Origin: Camelus dromedarius
Taxonomy: Eukaryota
Assembly (NCBI RefSeq): GCF_036321535.1
Contig: NC_087436.1
Location: forward strand, 91,204,001 to 91,268,000
Direction: 5' to 3'
DNA: 64,000 nt
Numbering within the stretch: the first letter of the stretch is position 1; the number at the start of each line of letters is the position of its first letter. This document shows positions 27,900 through 41,612 of this stretch, piece by piece. The position numbers and the translations under genes were made by a program. The notes under the pieces are model-generated. The model searched no databases. It was not told the origin of the DNA and saw only the letters and a list, made by a program, of their open reading frames with translations.

Positions 27900-30660
27900 T
27901 TTATAATTTATTATACAGTTAGATTGAACATTTTGGAGGTATTTATTACTTACGTGTATTTCTTCTTTTATGACTTATCTATTCAGATCCTTTCCTGAAT
28001 TAATTTATTTTTGGCATAATTATTGTAACTCTTTTCTCATTTGCCATTTTAATTTTATTTAATTTTTTTTCATTGTCATTTCTTCAATCATGTTTGAAAA
28101 TAAAAAGACTTCTCTAATATAGAAATTTGTTATGTGGTATTTTTATTTTATTCTGTTTCTTTTAATACACAGAGTGGATATATTATTTTATTCTTTTTTT
28201 TTTTTTTTAACAAAGTTCTCATCAATTCTTTTTACATCTCCTAATTAAGGTATATAGTTTTCTCCAAATAGGTGTCACACATTTACTGCTTGGAATATTT
28301 TAATTTTATGATATTATGACTGTTTATATACTATATTTTCTGTTACTGCTACAAATAAAAGTTGTTATTTTTGCAACTTTATCTTCTCAGCCATTTGAAT
28401 GAATTTTTTATCTCTGCCTTTTCAGCTGATACCTTGTAAACAGTCATTCTTTCTCTTATAATTATAGCTTTTATTTGTGTGTCATGTTTTGTTGTTTTAT
28501 AGACCAGAAATAATAACAATTTTTGGTTTTTGATTTTGACATGGGTGCCTTTAGTGACTCACATTAAATAAAAATAAATAAAATGCTATCTGTCGGAGTA
28601 TGCCATGACTGTTGACTTTAAGGAAGCATTCTTTATTCTTGATTTTCTAATTGGGTTATAATGAAACTTACCAAATATATTTTTAATTCTATGAAAATGA
28701 TCCTTTTTCCTGGTTTGTTTTATTGATATGTTATTTTATTCGAAATTCAACTATTAAGCCATTTTATATTTATGAGATTTATTCTTGTTGATATTTTTGA
28801 TTAATGCTTTAATAGTCAAGTAGGTTAAATTTGCTAATATTTTTAAATTTTATTTTATAGTTTTCTTTTATAATTCTTCAGTAATGTCTTCTGTTGTTGT
28901 CAGAGGTCCTGTGAGGTTGTAATCTTCTCACTGAATCAGGAGGGGATGCTTTCATTCTTTTCCATTCCCTAGGAAACTATCGTTTTTCTTATATCTATGT
29001 CTATATTGCACCTGTAACAGGTATCGCCTGGTTCTGGAAAGCATAACAAATTCACTAATAATTCTCAATTCACTAGTAAAACTGTCATTCTTGCAGAGAT
29101 CCTTTCTTATCTTTAAAATATCTTCTATGACTAATGGTCTTTTCACGGTTTTCAGGATTTTTGCTTGCTTACTTGTTCTTGTTAGGCGTTTCACTTAAAA
29201 ATAATTTTCCATTTCATTGAGATAATCAACTTTGTTAGCATAGACTGGTCCATGATGTCATATTTTTCAAATATTTTTATATGTATTATATATACCTTTT
29301 TAATCCTAGCTTTATTTGTGCTTTCTAGATAGATCATTAAAAAATGTTTTACCATAACCAATTATTGTATTTAATTGTTTATTTGAATACTTTTAATTTT
29401 AGTCTAAAACCTTATTTTCATGATATTATCCCCTGTATGACAAAAAAGTAATCATTTTTTCTAATTCGCCTCCTATGTGTTAACATTTAAAAATTTTGAT
29501 TTTATCCTCAATTTGGATGTATTCCAGATAATCTGCAGTTTTATGTTTGGATTTCACTTTGATTATAAAGCAATTGAGCAAAGTATTTCAAAATTTCTAA
29601 TGTGTATTTGTTTATTTCATGAAGTGATAATCCTCTCCCCTTCATGTCCCCAGTTCCAAATATTTATGGCTGCCATTTTGAGGTCATATTCCTTTGTGAT
29701 CAAAGTGTACACTCAGAGTATATCCTGGATTATTTAGTTGTTATGTTCAAGGATTTTCTCATGCTATTATACATTCTCCTTAAACCAATGTTTTAAAAGG
29801 TTCCATATTATTACGTCATATAGTTGTTTAAAAATGTTTCCATAAATTTATAATTCAAATCCTATAGGGCTTTCATTAATGTAATTAATGCCTTGATAAA
29901 TACCCTTGCAAATAAATCTGTATGCCCATCTCTAATTATTTTCTTAGAGTAAACTCCTAGAACTAGTGTTATAGGTAAAACTGTCTAAAAAATTAATATG
30001 AAAAAAAGAAAAAAAATGATGAGGGTTTTGCTTGAATATGTCCAGTTTAATTTCTTTCTATATCATGTTGTGGTTAGAAAATGTGTCCTGTACAATTTTT
30101 GCTTTGAAATTTATTGAAGGTTTTTTGATGGCTTAATGTAACAGAGTGTATGCTACATGATGAAGAGAATTTTATCTTTTGTTCTTTGCTGTATCCCAGT
30201 TACTCAAAGAGTACCTGGCATATAGTACCTAATGTATTGAGTGACTTTTAAAAATGTTTAGTAGTTTATTGGAATAAAAAGTGTAATATATCTCTGTAAA
30301 ATGCTAAGTTCAATATACTGTAGTTATTAACTCAACTTTATTAATTCTATTCTTCAAATTCTGTCCCAATTTCTGTCTTCTTAATTGACAATAAATTGGT
30401 AGTGCTATCTGGAGGTGCATTTTGTTCAATTTTTCTCATACTAGTCTTTGCACCATATAATTTGATGATAGCTTTTTAGTGCATAAAGGATTATGAATAT
30501 TCTATCTTTCTAGGAATATTAATTTTTAAATGTATAAAGTGATTGACCTTCTTTTCCTTTATTTCTTTGGCAACTAATAATGTAGCCATTTCTCTTTCTT
30601 ACATCAGAATTTGCCTTATGTTTTTGCCCTTCATTTTTAAAACTTCTCTGTCAAGGGAGT
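27900..30660 (-). mobile_element. Very degenerate L1M ORF2 remnants, with a short + strand L2 3' fragment at ~30145-30245
   Basis: T-rich sequence with scattered L1 motifs (tttgctaatatttt, taattttccatttcattgag); L2 end gctgtatcccag...cctggcatatagta. Confidence 0.5.
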
Positions 30661-31449
30661 GTCTGTCTTCATATCATTAATCTCATTCACCTTCATCCAT
30701 CACATCTTTAGCTCAGCTGCTATATTATCTTATCTTTACTTTTGGATCTCTTATATATTGCCAGATAAAGCAATCACTTAACAAATGTGTGGAGAAATGG
30801 ATGAGGGATGGCGTCAGTTTTGAGTGGTCATCAGGACCTTCCTGGAAGGACTGTCAGTTTTGTACTGTCCTTATGTATTCATTGAAGACTTGACCATAGT
30901 CATATCTACCCATCTTGTGCTCACATCTCCTCGTGACAACTGAACTACTATTGTGCATCACTTGGAGGATGTGGGAAGAGCACCGTATTTGAGAAGTACT
31001 GAGTTATATCTTTAAGACAGTAGCACAGGGTTTGATTCAGAACATCTCCAGTAAAGAGCTTCCCTTTTATTTAAGCACATGGTATTTTGTATGCAGTCTG
31101 CTATTCTATGTAATTTGAGTCAGTAGTATTCATTACAGGACTCATATCTTCCCTGGTTTCTGCTTTAGATTTTCTGTCTCTATCTTCAATATCAATGAAG
31201 AGATACGGTGTTTTCCAAAATCTAATGAAATAACCTATATATTTATGAGGGTACTCATTCCACTCTCTCCTTATGGGTAAAATGTGAAGGATCCAGTGAA
31301 TTCAGTTGGTTACCTGGGCCATTTAAAACAACAACAGGAACAACAACAACAACAAAAAAGAATGGCATTGTTCTCTATTCAATCGTGCAAATATGACAGG
31401 CATATTGAAATGAATTGGTCATTATATTTGATCTCAGTGTTTGTCTATC

Positions 31450-31651
31450 AAGTGCTTCTCACCTGGGGATGATTTTGTCCCCCAGGGGACTTTGACAACA
31501 TTTTTGGTTGTCACAATGGGGAAGTTTGAAAAGTATGTAGAGGGTAAAGGCCAGAGATGCTGGTAAACATCCTACAGTTCACAGGATAGCACTCCACAGC
31601 AGAGAATTATCCAACCCCAAATGTCAGTAGAGCCAAAGCTGAGAATCCCTG
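31450..31651 (+). mobile_element. MER20 (hAT-Charlie non-autonomous DNA transposon)
   Basis: gattttgtcccccaggggac, catttttggttgtcacaa, aggccagagatgctggtaaacatcctaca, ending gagaatccctg. Confidence 0.9.
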
Positions 31652-33125
31652 GTCTGACCATGTAAAATAAAAGACATCTTTGAAAGAGTGATATGGATAT
31701 GGGACATGTGTGTTATGTGGTGTGATAAAAATATAGTCATTCATGGTGAAATTAGTATGATGGAGTTGTCTTTTCCTAAATATTGAGATTTTTCTTTAAA
31801 GTGAAAGATGAAGACAGTGAGAAAGAACCTACTCTTTTTTTATTTATACTTGTCTTTCCTATTTGTAAGTGATAAAAGCAAATGAGATAGTGAGAAACTG
31901 TGAAAGTGCTTTGTAAGAAGTAAAATAGTACATAAATGTAAGGTAGAATTGCAGATGAAGGCATTCAAGTCAATAATCATTTATTCAGCACTTAGGCTGT
32001 GTGGTTCCACTGAGAATAAAAATGTCGAGTAATGTTCTATCTTCTTCTGTGTTGGAAGACTGAAATTTGTAGGCATGTGATGAATAATTTTTAGAAATGG
32101 AGTTACTTGATATGAAACAATGTTTGAGATATTTGCATAATAGTCATGTGTGACAGATAAGGCTGAAGGTACTGGACCATTTCTCTCATCTTCATTGCAA
32201 CAGAGCAGATCCACTGTCATCTGTTAGGAACTTATTAAAATTCTGTATAGACTGTGCTAGAAAAATAGTATTCGACTGGTTAAGAAGACCAGTGGGAAAA
32301 ACACAAGTATAGTCCAACTCCTTCTACAGAAATTAAGAATACTGAAATTTAGAAGATGTGACTTGAGACTGTGTAGCTGGAAAATAATTGACCAATCAGT
32401 GAATCTTGGGTCTCCTGACTCTTTGGAGTATTTCTTTTAGCCTATTGCATCAAACTTTATGTCTTTTAAAGGGTGATGATCTGAGAGAGAGTTGATACAT
32501 GTTTTACTTGGGATTTCATTAGTTTCTGTGGAGTAACTGTAAAGTAACTTCTTACTTGTGCCTTATTTCAAGCTTCTGAAAAATCGGTCTCAGAATAATA
32601 CAGTTATTTGCACAGACTTGTAGGGTTGCATTCTTTCTGTCTCTATGTATATTTAGAGAGAAATATTCTATAATTTGCTTCTATAAATTGCTATCTACAA
32701 AATCAACAAGGAAGATGAGCCGTGAATTTTCTACTCAAAAATGGCAATGAGTTTTTTGGCAGATTGATTTAAATTCACATTGTAGCGCATACATTATATC
32801 AAGAATAATATGATTTTCCCATCATTAAGACCCTGTGATCTATTTTCTCTCACTAATTCCAAATTGTTTTCTCAGTGTTTTATAATAGAATAAATGTAAT
32901 ATATTGAGTGGATATATTTTTCTAAAAGAAAATAATTTTTAAAATACTACGATTGTTAAAGTGTGCAAGAACTAATTTTATTCCTATCACCATTGAATTA
33001 AAATATCCTCAACACTGGATGTGTCTGTGTATAGTTAATACTCTGGTTCTCATTTTTTTCTTGACGTTACAGGGTATAAAATTAAGAATATGTATTTAAA
33101 GCCTGCCAATTAGAAATATTCTTTT

Positions 33126-33233
33126 TAAAAATTTTTGTTTATTTTTTATTGCAATATAGTTGATTTGCAATGTTGTGTTAGTTTCTGGTGTACAGCATAG
33201 TGATTCACTTATGAATCACTTTTTCATATAAAG
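33126..33233 (-). mobile_element. Very short 5'-truncated L1 3' end
   Basis: ttattgcaatatagttgatttgcaatgttgtgttagtttctggtgtacagcatagtgattca; tattctttt on both flanks. Confidence 0.75.
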
Positions 33234-34894
33234 CTATTCTTTTCACCAAAAATCTACTGCCGAACTGAGAAGAAACAGATAGCTACAAAAATGTAATTTT
33301 TTTCATTTTTATCTTTTCATGGGCTTTCATTAGAAGTCTTGTGAAACTACCCTATCTTTTCAGTTTATAATGTACCTGGGATTATAGACCTATTTCTCTG
33401 ATGACAAAATGTCTAACATGTATAATCCACAAAAAGTAAGTTTTGCTGTCTTATTATAAAGCATCTAGGGTGCCTTAATGACACCTGATGAGGATGGGGT
33501 TGGTGGGCAGAGTTGCAGTGTCCTCTCTGCTCTAGGAGAAAGTGTTTGTGCCAAAGCCTTTCCTTCTCTGGCTCAAACAGGGATGCAATGGAATCAGCAT
33601 CACCCACACATTGTTTTTGTCAACACTGCAGTCGATGTCTTCATCATCACAACCAAGCCTGCATGACATTGAAGACCTATGTTTACTATGTACCATATGC
33701 CTTGCATATATTACATTATTTTGTTTTCACATTTCTTGTGTGAATTTCTGGTAGCTATTTTTCATACCTGATGTATAGACAGCTTCACCAAGGCTCAGAG
33801 TACCTTAATTCAATTCACACCTCTGGTAGCTGTCAGACTGATTTATACCCAGGTCTCTCTGATTTTTGATTCGAATTTCCCCTCCATCATGCATACCACA
33901 ATTAACTACTCACTTCTTGTTTTAAAAGCTACTACAAAGGGCTGGAAACTCTGCAAAATAGATAACATTCTGATATTGACAGATAAAGATACCAACATCG
34001 ATAACACCCATGAATAACATGAATAGATATTGACAACACCAATGGATAACAACATGGGAATGATCTAGTGACAGTATTACAGAAAAAGAAAGACAACACT
34101 GACCTGAGGTTTCAAGCAAATGATCAAGAGTGGGTATAATTTTTATAAGTGAAAATTCCACTTGAGGTATGACTCACATTTGTAAATCTTACAGGAAATT
34201 CTAACAGCCTTTTTGGTTAGGCTGTAAAACTAACCAAAACGATCCACCTAAATGCTGTGATGGAGGCGTATCTAATCTGGAATGTGAAGCTTTTAGTTAC
34301 ACTGAAAGGTAGAACGTCGAGAAAAAAAGCTGACAGGCTCATGTGCATTTTTTTCTGAATTGTTGGGGCTTTGACATAAAGTGACATAAAGTGGGGCAGT
34401 AGCCAGATTGTGAGGTATTGAGCCATGAGGTTTCATAAGATATTTATTATGGTGTTGCTGGGAAATTCCAGTAGGTGGAAGCTGCCATGGTCTTAAATGA
34501 AAAGTCAGAGTTATACTCAGTATTCTCCTATAAGCTAAAACCTATGAGGTCAGATTTAGAATGGACATTTAAACTTTATGTGGAAAAGATTATTCCAGGA
34601 TAAATAAAAGGCTATTTATTTGGATTATTAAAAATTATTTCCACTAGTGCAGGCTACTCCATGAATCTTTCCCTCTCTGACCTGTACAAAATACATTGTT
34701 AGTTTTAATTACATTTTAAAACCCACCTTCCTTCTTCACTGTATTGGCAGTATTGGCACTACTTGTATGGGCAGTATGACATTGAGAGACAAAAATCAGT
34801 GATTTAAATTATTTGTATCAATAAAATTATGTAATAGATTATTATTGATATTATATTTAGAACAGATGTTCTATATTTTCAACTCTTTTCTAGC

Positions 34895-35525
34895 TTTTTT
34901 TTTACTGAAACATAATTAACTGTATATGTTATTGACTAATTATGTTTCGGGTGTCTACATAATGATTTGACATTTGCATGTATTAAGAAATGACCACCAT
35001 GGTAAGTCTGGTAACCATATTTCCCATACAAAGTTGTTATTACAATATTATTAACAATATTCCTTATGCTGCATATTACATCCCTGTGACTTATTCATTA
35101 TGTAACTGGAGGTATGTACCTCTTAATTCTCCTCAACTATTTTGGCCCATCCCACCTTCCTCTCTTCTGGCAACCACTTGTCGGTTCTCTGTATCTATAA
35201 GACTGTTTTCATTTTGTTTCATTTGTTTTGTTTTTTAGATTTCACACATAAGTGAGATCATGTAGTATTTATCTTTCCCTGCTGATTTATTTCACTTAGC
35301 ATATTACCCTCTAGGTCCAATCATTTACCAAAGGACAATGTCTCATTCTTTTTTTATGGCTGAGCAATATTCCATTGTATGTTTATACCGCATCTTCTTT
35401 ATCCATTCGTCTGTTGATGGACACTTAGGTTGCTTTCATGTCTTGGCTATTGTAAATGATGCTTCAGTGAACATTGGAATGCATATATCTTTTGAATTAG
35501 TGTTTGTGTTTTCTTTGGGTAAGTG
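34895..35525 (-). mobile_element. 5'-truncated L1 3' end (L1MA9/L1_Art-like)
   Basis: Homologous to 6283-6990 (aaatgaccaccat, ctggcaaccac, cacataagtgagatcat). Confidence 0.85.
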
Positions 35526-35739
35526 TCACTTTTCTTTTTCATTCAAGAAATTTGCAGTAATTGTTCATAATCTAGTACAAAGGTTTGTTTTGGAGGCTTA
35601 TGTTTTTAATCTGATTGTAAAGAAAAAGTAAAGGGTTAATGATATCTCTAATTGGAATTAAGAACGTGAGAATATTGGCGATGTTACCTCTCTATAGAAC
35701 TTTACAGTCTACAAACTGCTTTCACAGTTCATTCTTTTA

Positions 35740-35890
35740 ACACTTTTCAAAGTTTACTGTGTATAGCAATCACTTGGGGATTTTGTTAAAATGTGAGTTC
35801 TGACTCAGCAGATATGGGCTGAAGTTTCTGCATTTCCTGCAAGGTCCTGGGTGACATCGGTGTTGCTGGTACACTTCCAGTAGTGAGGTA
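35740..35890. mobile_element. MER5A-like hAT element inserted in a MIR remnant
   Basis: aatcacttggggattttgttaaaatg, tctgactcagcag, tctgcatttc, ggtgac. Confidence 0.7.
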
Positions 35891-36499
35891 CTTTTCCCAC
35901 TTGTTCCTCCTGTGCTGCAGGTGAGCAACGGAGGCTCACCAGGCTGAATGACTAACTCCCAGTAACACTGTGGTCAAGCCAGGGGCAGTTCCACCTCACC
36001 TGTTGTCATTGAAATGATGCTTGCAGAGAGACCCCTGGGAAAGGATTAGGAGAGAAAATAACACAGACTTATTAAGAAACATGTAAAATGGGCGTAGAGA
36101 CTTTTTTTCAAAGTTTTTATAATACTGCCTAAGAAACTTCGTCTTTGCCAAAAAATGCAGTTAGTCTGTGAATAATCATTTTTTTAACATTTTTTATTGA
36201 TTTATAATCATTTTACAATGTGTCAAATTCCAGTGTTCAGCACAATTTTTCAGTCATACATGGACATATACACACTCATTGTCACATTTTTTTTCTCTGT
36301 GAGCTACCATAACATTTGTGTATATTTCCCTATGCTATACAGTATAATCTTGTTTATCTATTCTACAATTTTGAAATCCCAGTCTATCCCTTCCCACCCT
36401 CCGCCCCCCTGGCAACCACAAGTCTGTATTCTCTGTCTATGAGCCTGTTTCTGTCCTGTATTTATGCTTTGTTTTTGTTTGTTTGTTTGTTTTTGTTTT

Positions 36500-39400
36500 T
36501 TAGATTCCACATATGAGCAATCTCATATGGTATTTTTCTTTCTCTTTCTGGCTTACTTTACTTAGAATGACATTCTCCAGGAACATCCATGTTGCTGCAA
36601 ATGGCATTATGTTGTCGGTTTTTATGGTTGAGTAGTACTCCATTGTATAAATATACCACCTCTTCTTTATCCAGTCACCTGTTGATGGACATTTAGGCTG
36701 TTTCCATGTTTTGGCTATTGTAAATAGTGCTGCTATGAACATTGGGGTGCAGGTGTCATCCTGAAGTAGGGTTCCTTCTGGATACAAGCCCAGGAGTGGG
36801 ATTCATGGGTCATATGGTAAGTCTATTCCTAGTCTTTTGAGGAATCTCCACACTGTTTTCCATAGTGGCTGCACCAAACTGCATTCCCACCAGCAGTGTA
36901 GGAGGGTTCCCTTTTCTCCACAGCCTCTCCAGCATTTGTCATTTGTGGACTTTGAAATGATGGTCATTCTGACTGGTGTGAGGTGATATCTCATTGTAGT
37001 TTTGATTTGCATTTCTCTGATAATTAGTGATATTGAGCATTTTTTCATATGCCTATTGATCATTTGTATTTCTTCCTTGGAGAATTGCTTGTTTAGGTCT
37101 TTGGCCCATTTTTGGATTGGGTTGTTTATTTTTTTCTTATTAAGTCGTATGAGCTGCTTATATATTCTGGAGATCAAGCCTTCATCGGTTTCATTTGCAA
37201 AAATTTTCTCCCATTCCATAGGTTGTCTTTTTGTTTTACTTATGGTTTCCTTTGCTGTGCAGAAGCTTGTAAGTTTAATTAGGTTCCATTTGTTTATTCT
37301 TGCTTTTATTTCTATTGCTTGCATAGACTTCCCTAGGAGAACACTTTTCAGATATATGTCAGATAATGTTTTGCCTATATTTTCTTCTAGGAGGTTTATT
37401 GTATCTTGCCCTATGTTTAAGTCTTTGATCCATTTTGAGTTTATTTTTGTGTATGGTGTAAGGGAGTGTTCTAGCTTCATTGCTTTACATGGTGCTGTCC
37501 AGTTTTCCCTACACCATGTGCTGAAGAGACTGTCTTTATTCCATTGTATATTCTTGCCTCCTTTGTCGAAGATGAGTTGACCAAAAGTTTGTAGGTTCAT
37601 TTCTGGGCTCTCTATTCTGTTCCATTGGTCTATATGTCTGTTTTTGTACCAATACCATGCTGTCTTGATGACTGTAGCTCAATAGTATTGTCTGAAGTCT
37701 GGGAGAGTTTTTCCTCCAGCCTCTTTCTTTTTCTTCAGTAATGCTTAGGCAATTCTAGGACTTTGATGGTTCCGTATAAATTTTATTATGATTTGTTCTA
37801 GTTCTGTGAAATATGTCCTGGGTAATTGGATAGGGATTGCATTAAATCTGTAGATTGCCTTGGGCAGTGTGACCATTTTAACAATATTGATTCTTCCAAT
37901 CCAAGAGCATGGAATATCTTTCCATTTTTTAAAGTCTTCTTTAATTTCCTTCATCAATGGTTTATAGTTTTCTGTGTATAATTCTTTCACCTCCTTGGTT
38001 AGATTTATTCCCAGATATTTTATTACTTTGGGTGCTATTTTAAAGGGGATTGTTTCTTTACTTTCTTTTTCTGTTGATTCATTGTTAGTGTAAAGAAATG
38101 CAACTGAATTTTGAACATTAATTTTGTAACCTGTTACCTTGCTGAATTCTTCAATCAGCTCTAGTAGTTTCTGTGTGGACTTTTTAGGGTTTTCTATATA
38201 TAGTAACATGTCATCAGCATATAGTGACACTTTTACCTCTTCTTTTCCAATTTGGATCCCTTTTATTTCTCTCTCTTGCCTGATTGCTGTGGCTAGGACT
38301 TCCAGGACTATGTTGACTAGGAGTGGTGATAGTGGGCATCCTTGTCTTGTCCCAGATTTTAGTGGGAAGCTTTTGAGTTTTTCACCGTTGAGTACTATTC
38401 TGGCTGTAGGTTTGTCATATATAGCTTTTATTATGTTGAGATATGTTCCCTCTATACCCACTTTGGCGAGAGTTTTTATCACAAATGGGTGTTGAATTTT
38501 ATCAAATGCTTTTTCTGCATTGATTGAGATGATCATGTGGTTTTTGTCCTTTCTCTTGTTGATGTGATGTATTACATTGATTGATTTGTGTATGTTGAAC
38601 CACCCTTGTGTCCCTGGGATGAACCCCACTTGGTCATGATGTATAATCTTTTTTATGTGTTGTTGGATTCTATTTGCTAAAATTGTGGTGAGGATTTTGG
38701 CGTCTATGTTAATCAGTGATATTGGCCTATAATTCTCTTTTTTTGTAGTGTCTTTGCCTGATTTTGGTATCAGGGTGATGGTGGCTTCAGAGAATGAGTT
38801 TGGGAGTACTCCCTCCTTTTCAATCATCTGGAAGAGTTTGAGAAGGACTGGCATGAGTTCTTCTTTGTATGTTTTGTAGAATTCCCCAGTGAAGCCATCC
38901 AGTCCTGGACTTCTATTTGTAGGGAGGTTTTTAATTGCTATTTCTATTTCCTTTCTACTGATCGGATTGTTCAAGTGGTCAGTTTCTTCTTGATTCAGTC
39001 TTGGTGGACAGTATGTTTCCAGAAACTTGTCCATCTCCTCTAGGTTATCCAGTTTGGTTCCATATAGTTTTTCATAATATTCTCATATGATATTTTGTAT
39101 TTCTATTTTATTTGTTGTAATTTCTCCATTTTCCTTTCTTATTTTGCTGATTTGTACTCTCTCTTTTTTCTTTTTTGTCAGTTTGGCCAGAAGTTTGTCG
39201 ATTTTATTTACTTTTTCAAAAAACCAGCTTTTGGTTTGGTTGATTTTTTCTATGGTCTTGTTAATCTCTATTGTATTTATTTCCTCTCTGATCTTTATTA
39301 TTTCCTTCCTTCTGCTGATTTTTTGGGGCTTTTTGTTCTTCTCTTTCTAATTCATTCAGGTGGTGGGTTAAATTGTTTATTTGAGATTGTTCTTCTTTTT

Positions 39401-40304
39401 TGAGGAATGCCTGTATCACTATATACTTCCCTCTTAGCACTGCCTTTGCTGTGTCCCATAAATTTTGAGTGGTTGTGCTTTCAATGTCATTTGTCTCAAG
39501 GTATTTTTTAATTCCAGCTTTGATTTCCTCATTGACCGATTGTTGTTTCAATAACATATTGTTTAATCTCCATGCTTTCCTTTTTTTCTCCTTTGTTTCT
39601 CTGTTGTTGATTTCCAGTTTCATGGCATTGTGGTCAGTAAAGATACTTGAGATAATTTCTATCTTCTTAAAATTGTTGAGGTTTCTTTTGTGCCCTACAT
39701 GATCGATCCTGGAAAATGTTCCATGTGCACTTGAAAAGAATGTATATCCTATTTTTTGGGGGTGTAATGCTCTGAAAATATCCACCAAATCTAGTTTTTC
39801 TATTGTATTATTTAATTTCTCTGTTGCCTTGTTTATTTTCTGTCTGGAAGATCTGTCAGTGATGTTAATGCAGTGTTAAAATCTCCAACTATGATTGTAT
39901 TCCCATCAATATCCCCCTTTATCTCTGTTAGTAATTGTTCTATGTACTTAGGTGCTCCTATATTGTGTGCATATATATTAACGAGTCTAATCTTGTATCA
40001 CTCCTTTAATCATTATAAAATGTCCCTCTTTATCTTTCTTTATGGCCTTTGTTTTAAAGTCTATTTTGTCTGAAATCAGTACTGCAACACCTGCTTTTTT
40101 GGCTTTTCCATTTGCATGGAATATCCTTTTCCATCCTTTCACTCTCAATCTATATGTGTCCTTCTCCCTAAAGTGGGTCTCTTGTATGCAGCATATTGAA
40201 GGTTCTTGCTTTATTATCCAGTCTGCCACTTGATGTCTTTTGACTGGAGCATTTAGTCCATTAACACTTACAGTAATTAATGATAGATGTGTGTTTATTG
40301 CCAT
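36500..40304 (-). pseudogene. L1 ORF2 (APE endonuclease, reverse transcriptase, CCHC), disrupted
   Basis: NVNGLN-like and [31 protein letters not shown]...HCWWEC motifs split over five ORFs; stops at 37745-37747 and 36803-36805; frameshifts in 39260-39990. Confidence 0.96.
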
Positions 40305-40631
40305 TTTGAACTTATCTTTGCAGTTGAATTGGTATATCCTCTTTGTTCCTTTCTTCTTCCTTTTGTGGTTTGGTAATTTTCCTTTGTATTATCATGGATT
40401 TTATTTAATTTTTGTGACTCCCTTGTAAGTTTTTGGCTTGTGGTTACCCTTTTTCGTAAATCTATTAGCCCATTACTATAACTGTTTTTATTAAACTGAT
40501 AGTAACATGATCTCAAACCCATCCTACCGTTAAAAATTTTTAAAAAAGAAAGAAAAAATATATTCTATATTTCCCTGCCTCCCTCTCCCACTCTCAGTGA
40601 TTTGTATGTCTTCTTTTATAAAATTTCGTGT

Positions 40632-41612
40632 TTATTTTATTTGTAATTCATGAGTTATCACCTTTCCAGTTGTGAGTTTCTCATTTCTGTAGCATCCTGC
40701 TGCTTTTCTATTTAGAATACCTTTCAATATTTCTTTTAGCATGGGTTTAGTGTTGCTAAACTCCTGCAGCTTTTTCTTGTCTGTGAAATTCTTTATGTCT
40801 CCTTCTATCCTAAAGGATAGCCTTGCTCGATAAAGTGTCCTAGGCTGCATCTTTTTTTCATTCAGGACTTTGAATATATCTTGCCACTCCTTTCTGGCCT
40901 GTAGTGTTTGTGTAGAGAAATCAGCTGAGAGCCTTATGGGGGTTCCCTTGTAACTTACTCTTTGCTTTTCTCTTGCTGCCTTTAGAATCATTTCTTTATC
41001 CTTGAATCTGGCCATCTTGATTATGATATGTCTTGGTGTAGGTCTATTTGGGTTCTTCCTGTTTGGGACCCTCTGAGCTTCCTGTACTTGGATATCTGAT
41101 TCCTTCTTTAAGTTTGGGAAGTTATCAGTCATGATTTCTTCAAAAACCTTTACAATCCCCTTTGATCTTTCTTCCCCTTCTGGGACCCCTATTATGCGAA
41201 GATTGGGATGCTTTATATTATCCCATAGGTCCCTTATGCTATTTTCATTATTTTTTATTTGTTTATCTTGTAGTTCTTCTGAATGGGTGCTTTCTATTGT
41301 CCTGTCTTCTAGGTCATTAATTCGTTCCTGTGCATTATCTAGTTGGCTTTGCACAGCTATTAGATCATTCCTCATCACTGTCAATGAGTTTACCCATTCT
41401 ACTTGGCTCTTCTTTATAGCTTCAATTTCATTTTTGACATATTTTATATCTCTAAACACTATCTCTTTTAATTCCTTCAGCACTTTGATCACTCCTTTTT
41501 TGAAATCTTGATCTAGTAGGCTATCGATATCTATTTCATTGATCTTTCTTTCAGGGGATTTCTCTTGTTCTTTTAATTGGGAAATGTTTCTCTGCTTCTT
41601 CATCTTGCTCAT
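40632..41612 (-). CDS. L1 ORF1p (coiled coil, RRM, CTD), open frame of 326 aa
   Basis: LWDNIKHPNLRIIGVPEGEE, PRHIIIK, KEMILKAAREK, YKGTPIRLSADFS motifs. Confidence 0.95.
   Translation of the reverse strand: MSKMKKQRNISQLKEQEKSPERKINEIDIDSLLDQDFKKGVIKVLKELKEIVFRDIKYVKNEIEAIKKSQVEWVNSLTVMRNDLIAVQSQLDNAQERINDLEDRTIESTHSEELQDKQIKNNENSIRDLWDNIKHPNLRIIGVPEGEERSKGIVKVFEEIMTDNFPNLKKESDIQVQEAQRVPNRKNPNRPTPRHIIIKMARFKDKEMILKAAREKQRVSYKGTPIRLSADFSTQTLQARKEWQDIFKVLNEKKMQPRTLYRARLSFRIEGDIKNFTDKKKLQEFSNTKPMLKEILKGILNRKAAGCYRNEKLTTGKVITHELQIK

Noticed and set aside
37002..41511. + strand ORFs of 60-192 aa, such as 37002-37580, 38139-38495 and 41131-41511
   Set aside because: Antisense shadows of L1 ORF1/ORF2 caused by biased codon composition
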